A stretch of 64,000 nt of DNA. Source: Vicinamibacteria bacterium. Its GTDB lineage: Bacteria; Acidobacteriota; Vicinamibacteria; Fen-336. Under the pieces are notes generated by a model that searched no databases, was not told the origin of the DNA, and was given only the letters and a program-made list of their open reading frames with translations. The DNA is taken from positions 18,700 to 82,699 of the forward strand of contig JAXLRD010000013.1 in the NCBI GenBank assembly GCA_046331285.1, written 5' to 3'. This document shows, in pieces, positions 7,704-16,092 of the stretch (position 1 is the first letter of the stretch; every line of letters starts with the position of its first letter). A program made the position numbers and the translations under genes.

Positions 7704-9779
7704 ATGCGCCTGTTGCACAAGATCCTGCTGTTCGTCGCCGCGCTCGTCGTCGCCCTCGTGGGCGCGACACTGCTGTTCACGACCGCCCAGGCCGACCGCC
7801 TCGCGCGGGCGACGATCCGCCAGGGGCTCGAGGAGGCGAAGGAGATCTGGCAGACCGTCCAGGCCGACCGCTTCAACAAGCTGCGGCTCGGCGTGAGGGT
7901 CCTCGCGAACGATCCCCCCTTCAAGGCCGCCCTCGTCGAGACCGACCAGGCCACGGCCTTCGACACCATGAAGGAGCGCGGGCGCGACGTGGCCGCCGAC
8001 TTCATGCTCGTGACGAACCCGTCCGGCACGCTCCTCGCCCGCACCGACCGCCCCGGGGCCGGGCTCGAGGACCTCTCGAAGGACCCCCTCGTGAAGAAGG
8101 CGCTCGAGGGCGAGGAGTCGGCGTCGCTGTGGCGGCAGGGCGACCAGATCTTCACCGCGGTGGCGGTGCCGATGACGACCGGGGGCGAGCTCGTCGGCTC
8201 GCTGGTCGCGGGCTACGCGCTCAACGAGGCGGTCGCCTCGCAGGTGCGGAAGCTGACGCACGGCGACGTCGCGTTCGTGATCGAGGATCCCGGCCAGCCG
8301 CCGCGGGTCCTCGTCTCGTCGCTCGGCGCCCGCGAGGGAGCGCTCGGCCCGGCCCTGGCGGGATCGACCGCGGGCGCCGCGGGCGACCAGCCGTTCGAGC
8401 TGGATCTGGCGGGCGAGCCGCACGTGGCCCTCCGCCTGCCGCTGCAGGCCGCGGGCGGCCAGACGATCGGCTCGGTCGTGGCGCTGCGCAGCCTGGCCGC
8501 CGAGACGGCGGGCTTCCGCCAGTTCCGCCGCAGCCTGCTGCTCGTGGCGCTCGTCGCGCTCGTCCTCGCCCTCGCGCTGGCCTGGGTCGCGGCGGCCCGC
8601 ATCACCGGCCCCCTCCGCCGGCTCGTCGGCCTCGTCGAGCGCGTGCGCGACGGCTCCTACCGCGGCGCGGTCAGCGTCGCGAGCCGCGACGAGATCGGCG
8701 TCCTCGCCCGCGCCTTCAACGCGCTCGTGTCCGACCTGCGCGAGAAGGAGCAGATGATCGCCTTCCTGCGCGACAGCGCCACTGCCGTGCGGCAGGCGGC
8801 GCGCCCCGCGGTGGGGTCGACGATCGTCGAGGCCGGGGAGACCGCGCTCGCGCCGGGGCCGGACTCGCCCACCGTCGCGCAGGCGCCGCAGGTCACCCAG
8901 CCCGCCGCGGCGGCGGGGGCCGTCCTCCAGCGCGGCGAGACCTTCGGCGGCCGCTACGAGATCCTCGGCTCCCTCGGCCGCGGCGGCATGGGCGTCGTCT
9001 ACCGGGCCCGCGACACGCAGCTCGACGAGACCGTCGCGCTGAAGCTGCTGCGACCGGACGCCATCCAGACCGACCCGTCGCTCCTCGAGCGCTTCAAGCA
9101 GGAGATCCGCCTCGCCCGGCGGATCACCCACCGAAACGTCCTGCGCACCCACGATTTCGGCGACGCCTCGGGCGTCCCTTACATCTCGATGGAGTACGTG
9201 GACGGCGTCAACCTGAAGGACCTCCTCCGCAGCCGCGGCGCGCTGCCGCTGGGGGTCGGCCTCTCGGTCGCGAAGCAGATGTGCCACGGCCTCGCCGCCG
9301 CGCACGAGATGGGGGTCGTCCACCGCGACGTCAAGCCCCACAACATGATGATCCTGCCCGAGACGGGCGACCTGAAGATCATGGACTTCGGCATCTCGTG
9401 CATGCAGTCGGTGGGCTCGAGCGCGGCGGGCATGACCCTCGCGGGCACGGTCATGGGGACGCCCGACTACATGCCGCCCGAGCAGGCGCAGGGCCGCGCG
9501 GTCGACTTCCGCGCCGACCTCTACTCGCTCGGAGTGGTGCTGTTCGAGGTGTTCACGGGCCGCCTGCCCTTCGCCGGCGAGGCGCCGACGGCGGCCCTCA
9601 TCGCCCACATCCAGAAGCAGCCGCCGCGGCCGCGGTCGATCGCGGCCGCCCTGCCGGCCGAGCTCGAGGCCGTCATCCTGCGCGCGCTGGAGAAGGACCC
9701 GGCCCGCCGGTGGCAGACGGCCGACGAGATCGTCCAGGCGCTGAGCGCCATCTCGGAGCAGAGCCAGGCCGCGGCCTGA
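7704..9779 (+). CDS. membrane sensor Ser/Thr protein kinase: periplasmic sensor domain - TM - HAMP - Hanks kinase
   Basis: TM1 at residues 6-25 and an extracytoplasmic domain of about 250 aa. The second TM is followed by HAMP (ITGPLRRLVGLVERVRDGSY...DEIGVLARAFNALV). The kinase follows (GRGGMGVVYRA...VALK...HRDVKPHN...DFG). SD GGGAGGAG at 7685. Confidence 0.9.
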   Translation: MRLLHKILLFVAALVVALVGATLLFTTAQADRLARATIRQGLEEAKEIWQTVQADRFNKLRLGVRVLANDPPFKAALVETDQATAFDTMKERGRDVAADFMLVTNPSGTLLARTDRPGAGLEDLSKDPLVKKALEGEESASLWRQGDQIFTAVAVPMTTGGELVGSLVAGYALNEAVASQVRKLTHGDVAFVIEDPGQPPRVLVSSLGAREGALGPALAGSTAGAAGDQPFELDLAGEPHVALRLPLQAAGGQTIGSVVALRSLAAETAGFRQFRRSLLLVALVALVLALALAWVAAARITGPLRRLVGLVERVRDGSYRGAVSVASRDEIGVLARAFNALVSDLREKEQMIAFLRDSATAVRQAARPAVGSTIVEAGETALAPGPDSPTVAQAPQVTQPAAAAGAVLQRGETFGGRYEILGSLGRGGMGVVYRARDTQLDETVALKLLRPDAIQTDPSLLERFKQEIRLARRITHRNVLRTHDFGDASGVPYISMEYVDGVNLKDLLRSRGALPLGVGLSVAKQMCHGLAAAHEMGVVHRDVKPHNMMILPETGDLKIMDFGISCMQSVGSSAAGMTLAGTVMGTPDYMPPEQAQGRAVDFRADLYSLGVVLFEVFTGRLPFAGEAPTAALIAHIQKQPPRPRSIAAALPAELEAVILRALEKDPARRWQTADEIVQALSAISEQSQAAA

Positions 9780-9783
9780 AGCC

Positions 9784-9805
9784 GGCGCGCGGCGGGACGC
9801 GCGCC
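9784..9805. terminator. GC hairpin between convergent genes (possible bidirectional terminator)
   Basis: ggcgcgc-N8-gcgcgcc forms a 7-bp stem in the 30-nt gap between stop 9779 (+) and stop 9810 (-). There is no U tract. Confidence 0.35.
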
Positions 9806-9809
9806 GACC

Positions 9810-11054
9810 CTAGAGGCGGACGCCCTCCGCCTCGGCCGGAGCCGTCGCCTGCGCGTGCGCACCCTCGAGCGCCTGCTCGAGGTCCCGCCACAGGTCCTCG
9901 GCGTCCTCGAGGCCGACCGAGAGGCGCAGCAGGCTCGCCGAGATCCCGCTCGACGCCTTCGCCTGGTCGCTCATGCAGCGGTGCGTGAGGCCGGCGGGGT
10001 GCTGGATGAGCGTGTCGGTCGAGCCGAGGCTCACGGCCGAGACCATGATCCGCACGCGCTCGAGGACGCCGCGCGCCGCCTCGAAGCCGCCGGCCACCTC
10101 GAAGGAGAGGACGCTGCCGGGGCCGGCCATCTGGCGGCCGAGGAGTCCCCGCGGGTCGGCGCCGGCGAGGCCCGGGTAGTGGACCTTCGTCACGTGGCGG
10201 TGGCGCGCGAGCCGATCCGCGATCATGCGCGCGCCGTCCTGCGCGGCCTTGACGCGGACGGGCAGCGTCGGCAGGCCACGGTGCAGGAGGAACGCCGCCA
10301 TCGGGTGGAGGAGCCCGCCCGTCGAGATGCGCACCTTGCGCAGCCGCTGCGCCCACGCCTCGCTCGACGCGACGATCCCGGCGATCACGTCGCCGTGGCC
10401 GCCCAGGAACTTCGTCGCGCTGTGGAGGACGAGCGCCGCGCCGAGCTCGAGCGGACGCTGCAGCACGGGGGTCATGAAGGTCGAGTCGACGACGACCGGG
10501 ACGTCGCCCGCGTCCTTCACCGCCTGGGCGATGTCGACGAGGTCGAGCGTCGGGTTGCCGGGCGTCTCGAGGACGACGAGGCAGGTGTCGGGACGGACGG
10601 CCGCGGCGACGCCGGCGGGGTTCGTGAACGTGACCTCGTGGCCGAGGAGGCCGCCGGCGAGGAGCGCGTCGCTCCCGCCGTAGAGCGGCCGCACGGCGAC
10701 GACGTGGTTCTTGCCCTTCTCGCGGGCGGCGAGGAGAACCGCGGTGAGCGCGGCGAGGCCCGACGCGAACGCGACCGACGCCTCGGCCCCCTCGAGGGCG
10801 GCGAGGGCCTTCTCGTAGCGGGCGACGGTGGGGTTGAAGAAGCGCGCGTAGATCGGGCTGCCGGTCGGCTCGCCGCCCTTGCCCATCGAGTCGATCGAGG
10901 CTGTCGCGTCGGCCAGGTCGCCGGTGGGGTAGGTCGTGGAGAGGTCGATCGGCGGCGCGTGAACGCCGATCTCGCCGAAGTCCTCGCGTCCGGCGTGGAC
11001 GGCGAGGGTCTCGAGCGACAGGGCCTCGTGACGAACGTCGTTCGGCTTCTTCAT
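9810..11054 (-). CDS. PLP-dependent Cys/Met-metabolism enzyme (methionine gamma-lyase / cystathionine gamma-synthase family)
   Basis: Last 414 codons of track ORF 9810-13349. PIYARFFNPT, VVVDSTFMTP and the lysine motif HSATKFLGGHGD are present. ATG at 11054. Confidence 0.85.
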   Translation of the reverse strand: MKKPNDVRHEALSLETLAVHAGREDFGEIGVHAPPIDLSTTYPTGDLADATASIDSMGKGGEPTGSPIYARFFNPTVARYEKALAALEGAEASVAFASGLAALTAVLLAAREKGKNHVVAVRPLYGGSDALLAGGLLGHEVTFTNPAGVAAAVRPDTCLVVLETPGNPTLDLVDIAQAVKDAGDVPVVVDSTFMTPVLQRPLELGAALVLHSATKFLGGHGDVIAGIVASSEAWAQRLRKVRISTGGLLHPMAAFLLHRGLPTLPVRVKAAQDGARMIADRLARHRHVTKVHYPGLAGADPRGLLGRQMAGPGSVLSFEVAGGFEAARGVLERVRIMVSAVSLGSTDTLIQHPAGLTHRCMSDQAKASSGISASLLRLSVGLEDAEDLWRDLEQALEGAHAQATAPAEAEGVRL

Positions 11055-11117
11055 GCGCCAATGCTGCCGATTCGGTGTATCGTCCGTCAATCGAATCATC
11101 TTCGGAGGATCGACGAA

Positions 11118-11624
11118 ATGGCCGCCCTGAACCGAACGGACTTCGCCATCCTGGCCGCCTTGCAGAAGGATGCTCGGCTCTCGAACAAGGAGCTCGCCGC
11201 GAAGGTCGGCCTCGCGGCGTCGAGCTGCCTCGAGCGCGTGCGGCGGCTCCGGGAGACCGGCGTCCTCACCGGCTTCCGCGCCTTCGTCGACCCGGGCGCT
11301 CTCGGCATCGCGATCCAGGCCCTGGTCTTCGTCCGCCTCGCCCGCCACGCCCGAAAGCAGGTGCGCGAGTTCCGCGAGCACGCGCTGTCCCTCCCGGAGA
11401 CGATCGGCCTCTACCACGTCGCCGGCCAGCACGACTTCATCGTCCACGTCGGCGTCCGCGACGCGAACCACCTCCGCGACCTCGCGATGGACGCCTTCAC
11501 GAGCCGCCACGAGGTCGCCCGCATCGAGACGCACCTCATCTTCGAGCACGTGCCGAAGCCGGAGCTGCCGGTGCTGCGCGAGGCGGAGCTCCGCGGACGA
11601 CCGGCCCGGAGTGACGGCCGCTAA
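11118..11624 (+). CDS. Lrp/AsnC family transcriptional regulator
   Basis: MAALNRTDFAILAALQKDARLSNKELAAKVGLAASSCLERVRRLRETGVL (HTH) plus an RAM domain. It is divergent from the PLP enzyme. SD GGAGGA lies upstream. Confidence 0.9.
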   Translation: MAALNRTDFAILAALQKDARLSNKELAAKVGLAASSCLERVRRLRETGVLTGFRAFVDPGALGIAIQALVFVRLARHARKQVREFREHALSLPETIGLYHVAGQHDFIVHVGVRDANHLRDLAMDAFTSRHEVARIETHLIFEHVPKPELPVLREAELRGRPARSDGR

Positions 11625-13366
11625 ACCGCCACCCGCGCCAGGTCCGCTTCCAGCGACTCCAGCGACCCCGACAGCTCCCGCGGGAGCCGGTCCCCGAAGC
11701 GCTCGAAGAACGCGCGGATCTCGGGAATCTCCGCGGACCACTCGTGGCGGTCGACCGAGAGGAGAAGCTTCCGCTCGGCCGGCGACAGGTCGAGGCCGTC
11801 CCAGTCGAGAGCCGACTCGGTCGGGACGAGGCCGATCGGGGTCTCGGTCGCGGCGCCCTTGCCGGCGACGCGGGCCGCGATCCACAGCAGCACGCGCAGG
11901 TTCTGGCCGAAGCCGGGCCAGACGAAGCGGCCGCGCTCGTCCGTGCGGAACCAGTTGACGTGGAAGACGAGCGGCGGGTGCTTGACCTCGCGGCCGACGC
12001 GGAGCCAGTGGGCGAAGTAGTCGCCCATGTTGTAGCCGCAGAACGGGAGCATCGCCATGGGGTCGCGGCGGACGACCCCGACCGCGCCGGTGGCCGCGGC
12101 CGTCGTCTCCGAGCCCATCGTCGCGCCGACGAAGACGCCGTGCGCCCAGTCGCGGCTCTGGAACACGAGCGGGGCGACCCGCGCGCGGCGGCCGCCGAAG
12201 ACGATCGCCGAGAGCGGCACGCCCTGCGGGTCCTCCCAGCGGGGCGACATCGACGGGCACTGCCGCGCGGCGACGGTGAAGCGCGAGTTCGGGTGGGCCG
12301 CCTTGCCGCCGCCGTCCCAGGGCTTCCCCTGCCAGTCGACGAGGTCCTTCGGCGGGCTCTTGTCCTTGCCCTCCCACCACGGCACGCCGCCGGGCGTGAC
12401 GGCCACGTTCGTGAAGATCGTGTCGTGGGAGATCGTGGCGAGCGCGTTCGGGTTGGTGTCGGGCCCCGTGCCGGGCACGACGCCGAAGAAGCCGGCCTCG
12501 GGGTTCACCGCCCAGAGCCGGCCGTCGGGCCCCTGGCGCAGCCACGCGATGTCGTCGCCGACCGTGCGGACCCGGATGCCCTGCGCCTCGAACGGCGAGA
12601 CGAGCATCGCGAGGTTCGTCTTGCCGCAGGCCGAGGGGAACGCCGCGCCGATGTAGTGCGTCTCGCCGCCCGGCAGCTCCAGCTCGAGGACGAGCATGTG
12701 CTCGGCGAGCCAGCCCTGGTCGCGGGCCATCGTGGACGCGATGCGCAGCGCGAAGCACTTCTTGCCGAGGAGCGCGTTGCCGCCGTACCCCGAGCCGACG
12801 CTCCAGATCCTCCGCTCCTCGGGGAAGTGGACGATGAACCGGCGGTCCGGGGAGAGGTCGCCGAGCGAGTGGAGGCCGGGGACGAAGTCCTCGCCCGCCC
12901 CGAGCTGGTCGAGAGCGACCCGGCCCATCCGCGTCATGATCCGCATGTTCGCGACGACGTACGGGCTGTCGGTGACCTCGACGCCGACGCGGCTGAAGGG
13001 CGACCCCGGCGGGCCCATGACGTAGGGCACGACGTACATCGTCCGGCCCTTCATCGCCCCGGAGAAGAGCGGCCAGACGCGCTGGCGGGCCTCCTCCGGC
13101 GACATCCAGTTGTTGGTCGGCCCCGCGCCCTCGCGGGTGCGGCTGGCGATGAACGTCAGGTGCTCGGTGCGCGCCACGTCGGAGGGATGGCTGCGGTGGA
13201 GGTACGAGCCGGGCGCGACGGTCGGGTCGAGCGGCTGGAGCGTCCCGTTCTCGACCATGCCCGCGACGAGGCGCGCGTTCTCCGCGTCCGAGCCGTCGCA
13301 CCACTCGACCCTCGCCGGCCCGAGGGTGGCGGCGACCTCGTCGACCCATCGCTCGACTGGCTTCAT
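11621..13366 (-). CDS. pckG: phosphoenolpyruvate carboxykinase (GTP)
   Basis: 581 aa with clear GTP-PEPCK similarity along the full length (FPSACGKTN kinase-1a loop, WMSPEE, GYGGNALLGKKCFALRIAS). Confidence 0.95.
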   Translation of the reverse strand: MKPVERWVDEVAATLGPARVEWCDGSDAENARLVAGMVENGTLQPLDPTVAPGSYLHRSHPSDVARTEHLTFIASRTREGAGPTNNWMSPEEARQRVWPLFSGAMKGRTMYVVPYVMGPPGSPFSRVGVEVTDSPYVVANMRIMTRMGRVALDQLGAGEDFVPGLHSLGDLSPDRRFIVHFPEERRIWSVGSGYGGNALLGKKCFALRIASTMARDQGWLAEHMLVLELELPGGETHYIGAAFPSACGKTNLAMLVSPFEAQGIRVRTVGDDIAWLRQGPDGRLWAVNPEAGFFGVVPGTGPDTNPNALATISHDTIFTNVAVTPGGVPWWEGKDKSPPKDLVDWQGKPWDGGGKAAHPNSRFTVAARQCPSMSPRWEDPQGVPLSAIVFGGRRARVAPLVFQSRDWAHGVFVGATMGSETTAAATGAVGVVRRDPMAMLPFCGYNMGDYFAHWLRVGREVKHPPLVFHVNWFRTDERGRFVWPGFGQNLRVLLWIAARVAGKGAATETPIGLVPTESALDWDGLDLSPAERKLLLSVDRHEWSAEIPEIRAFFERFGDRLPRELSGSLESLEADLARVAV

Positions 13367-13372
13367 GCGCGG

Positions 13373-13378
13373 ATTCTA
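13373..13378 (-). promoter_or_regulatory. candidate -10 box TAGAAT 6 nt upstream of the pckG ATG (leaderless-type arrangement)
   Basis: Minus strand reads cgtcgTAGAATccgcgcATG. No SD is present. Confidence 0.45.
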
Positions 13379-13406
13379 CGACGACGGCGCCCGGCCGCCG
13401 CGCCGC

Positions 13407-14702
13407 CTACTCGAGCGGCGTGAACGGGTCGGCCACCGCCATCGCGAGGCGGCGCGCGAGCAGCTCCGCCGCCGGGCGGGACGCCTCGTCGCGGCTCAGC
13501 GCCTGCCGCACGACGGTCTCGACCGCGGGCGGGACGCGCGGGTTGAGCGCCCGCAGCGGCGTCGGCTCCTCCTCGGCCTGCATCGCGACGAGGGCGAGCG
13601 GGTCGGCCGAGGCGGTCATGAACGGCAGCCGTCCGCTGAGCATCTCGTAGAGCATCACGCCGACGCTGTAGACGTCCGACTTCGGCCCGTACGGGCCGCG
13701 CCGGAACCGCTCCGGCGCCATGTAGGCCGGGGTCCCGAGCAGCGAGCCGTCGAGCGTCAGCTTCTGCCCTATCGCGCTCTCGCCGACCAGCCGCGCGATC
13801 CCGAAGTCGAGGATCTTGGGCACCTCGCCGCTCGGCGTCGTGTGGAGGAACACGTTCGACGGCTTGATGTCGCGGTGCACGACGCCGACGCGGTGCGCGG
13901 CGGCGAGCGCGGCGCACACGGGGACCACGATCTCGGCCGCGCGCACGGCGGTGAGCGGACCGCGGTCCTCGATCTCCTTCTCCAGCGAGTGCCCCCGCAG
14001 GAGCTCCATCACCAGGTAGGCGATGCCGGCGTCGGTGACGCCGAAGTCGAGGACGGCCACCGCGTTCGGGTGCTGGACGCGGCAGGCGGAGGCGCCCTCG
14101 CGGCGGAAGCGGGCGAGGGCCTCGGGATCGGCCCCCGCGCTCGTCGCGAGGACCTTCACCGCCACGTCGCGGCCGAGCTCGAGGTGGCTGGCCTTGTACA
14201 CGGTGCCGAAGCTGCCCCCGCCGATCGCGGCCTCGAGCCGGTAGCGGCCGCCGAGGACCGTCCCCGGCCCGGCCTGGGCCGGCACGCGGGGCTCGATCGG
14301 GGCCGCCTCGACCCGCGCCGCGCTCCTCGTGCGCAGGTGCGCGCGGATCCGCGCGAGGGCCACCGGGAAGTCGACCGGCTTCGTGACGTAGTCGTTGGCC
14401 CCGAGCGAGAGCGCCTCGATCACGTCCTCGCTCTCGGTCTTCGCGGTGACCATGATGACCGGCAGCGAGGCCTCGGAGCGGCCGATGCGGACGCTGCGCA
14501 GGACGTCGATGCCGGTCATGCCCGGCATCATGATGTCGAGGAGCACCAGGTCGACGCTCGTCCGGCGGAGCACGTCGAGGGCCTCCTCGCCCCCGGCCGC
14601 GCAGACCACCTTGAAGCCGGCCCGCTCCAGCCGCCGGGCCAGCAGGTCGCGGTTCGCCGGCAGGTCGTCGACGACGAGGATGGTCGACGGGCCCTCGGTC
14701 AC
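13407..14702 (-). CDS. response-regulator receiver domain fused to a Hanks-type Ser/Thr kinase
   Basis: ILVVDD...DLVLLDIMMPGMTG...VIMVTAK...YVTKP form a complete REC domain. The kinase follows (GGGSFGTVYKA...AVKVL...HRDIKPSN...DFG...GTPAYMAPE). GTG 14702 overlaps the upstream stop (GTGA). Confidence 0.9.
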   Translation of the reverse strand: MTEGPSTILVVDDLPANRDLLARRLERAGFKVVCAAGGEEALDVLRRTSVDLVLLDIMMPGMTGIDVLRSVRIGRSEASLPVIMVTAKTESEDVIEALSLGANDYVTKPVDFPVALARIRAHLRTRSAARVEAAPIEPRVPAQAGPGTVLGGRYRLEAAIGGGSFGTVYKASHLELGRDVAVKVLATSAGADPEALARFRREGASACRVQHPNAVAVLDFGVTDAGIAYLVMELLRGHSLEKEIEDRGPLTAVRAAEIVVPVCAALAAAHRVGVVHRDIKPSNVFLHTTPSGEVPKILDFGIARLVGESAIGQKLTLDGSLLGTPAYMAPERFRRGPYGPKSDVYSVGVMLYEMLSGRLPFMTASADPLALVAMQAEEEPTPLRALNPRVPPAVETVVRQALSRDEASRPAAELLARRLAMAVADPFTPLE

Positions 14703-15616
14703 GCGCCTCCGCCCTGGGGGACGAAAGGCCCCGCCCGGAGCCAGCGGGACGGCAGCGCGCGGCCGAGCCGGGCCTCGAGCGACCGCGACGCCGCGGCGAC
14801 CGCCGCGACGTCGACGCCGGTCTCGATGCCCATGCCGTCGAGCATGTGGAGGAGGTCCTCGGTGGCGAGGTTGCCCGCGGCGCCGGGCGCGTACGGGCAG
14901 CCGCCGAGGCCGCCGGCCGAGCTGTCGACGACGGCGACGCCCTCGTCGAGAGCGGCGAGGACGTTGGCGAGCGCGGTCCCCCGCGTGTCGTGGAAGTGGG
15001 CGGCCAGCGACACGCCGGGCAGCGCTTCGCCGAGCGCGCCGAAGACGTCCGAGGCTCGTGTGGGCACCGCGACGCCGATGGTATCCCCGATCGACACCTC
15101 GTCGCATCCCGCCGCGGCCAGCCGCCGGGCCACCTCGACGACGCGCGCGGTCGGCACGTGGCCCTCGAAGGGACAGGCGAAGGCGGTCGACACGTAGCCG
15201 CGGACCCGGAGCCCCTCCCTCTTCGCCTCGGGGACGAACTCGGCGAATCGGGCGAAGGTCTCGTCGATCGAGGCGTTCGTGTTGCGGCGCGAGAACGTCT
15301 CGCTGGCCGCGGTGAAGACCGCGATCTCCCGCGCCCCGGCCGCCCGCGCCCGCTCCCAGCCGGCGCGGTTCGGCACGAGCACCGGCAGGCGCACGCCGGC
15401 GTGGCCGGCCAGGCGGCGCAGCACCTCGTCCGAGCCCGCCATCTGCGGGACCCACTTCGGGGAGACGAAGGCGCCCGCCTCGACGACCGGGAGGCCCGCC
15501 GCGATCAGCCCCTCGCAGAAGGCGACGCGCGCGTCGACGGAGAGGGAGGCCGCCTCGTTCTGCAGGCCGTCGCGCGGGCCGACCTCGACCACGGTGACGC
15601 GGCGCGGCCGGCTCAC
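14699..15616 (-). CDS. liuE: hydroxymethylglutaryl-CoA lyase
   Basis: VEVGPRDGLQNE...FVSPKWVPQM...HFHDTRGTALAN...GGLGGCPYAPGAAGN are the canonical HMGL motifs. GTG 15616 overlaps the upstream stop. Confidence 0.92.
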   Translation of the reverse strand: MSRPRRVTVVEVGPRDGLQNEAASLSVDARVAFCEGLIAAGLPVVEAGAFVSPKWVPQMAGSDEVLRRLAGHAGVRLPVLVPNRAGWERARAAGAREIAVFTAASETFSRRNTNASIDETFARFAEFVPEAKREGLRVRGYVSTAFACPFEGHVPTARVVEVARRLAAAGCDEVSIGDTIGVAVPTRASDVFGALGEALPGVSLAAHFHDTRGTALANVLAALDEGVAVVDSSAGGLGGCPYAPGAAGNLATEDLLHMLDGMGIETGVDVAAVAAASRSLEARLGRALPSRWLRAGPFVPQGGGA

Positions 15617-16092
15617 GGCTCGATCTCGAGGAGAGCCCGTCCGGGCGCGACCATGTCGCCGGGAGCCACGTGCACCGCCCGCACGACGCCGTCGCGGGGC
15701 GCGCGCAGCGCGTTCTCCATCTTCATGGCCTCGACGACGAGGAGCTCCTGGCCGCGGACGACGCGCTCCCCCGCGGCGACGTGGACGGCCGCCACCCGGC
15801 CCGGCATCGGCGCCTCGAGCCCGCCGGCGTCGTGGCGCGAGGAGGCGCGGCCGCCCTCGCGCTCTTCCTCGAGGGTGTAGGCGACGCCGTCCCAGAACGC
15901 GTGGACGGAGCCGCCGTCCCGCGCGAGGTGGAGCACTCGGGCGCAGCCCTCCGCGCGCACGAGGTAGACGCCCTCGTCCAGCCTCTCGAGACCGAGGGCG
16001 AGGGCGTCGCGGCCGAGGGCGACCTCGACCCCGGCGCCCTTCACGCGGACCACGGGCTCGAACACTCGGTCGCCGCAGCGGAGCCGGGTCAC
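15613..16092 (-). CDS. liuD: methylcrotonyl-CoA carboxylase alpha, C-terminal BT/biotinyl-carrier part (separate frame)
   Basis: 159 codons ending in the biotinyl domain LEAPMPGRV...LLVVEAMKMENALRAP. GTG 16092 overlaps the TGA of the BC ORF. It is normally fused to the BC part. Confidence 0.7.
   Translation of the reverse strand: MTRLRCGDRVFEPVVRVKGAGVEVALGRDALALGLERLDEGVYLVRAEGCARVLHLARDGGSVHAFWDGVAYTLEEEREGGRASSRHDAGGLEAPMPGRVAAVHVAAGERVVRGQELLVVEAMKMENALRAPRDGVVRAVHVAPGDMVAPGRALLEIEP

Noticed and set aside
5529-9608. 1359-aa ORF on the minus strand, the longest in the track
   Set aside because: It runs antisense across four genes that have clear family signatures (M28, cupredoxin, kinase). 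Its translation is Arg/Gly/Pro/Ala low-complexity sequence with no motif. This is a typical shadow ORF of a high-GC genome.
9810-13349. 1179-aa ORF treated as one gene
   Set aside because: Only the last 414 codons (the PLP enzyme) are protein-like. The remainder overlaps the Lrp gene in antisense and pckG out of frame.
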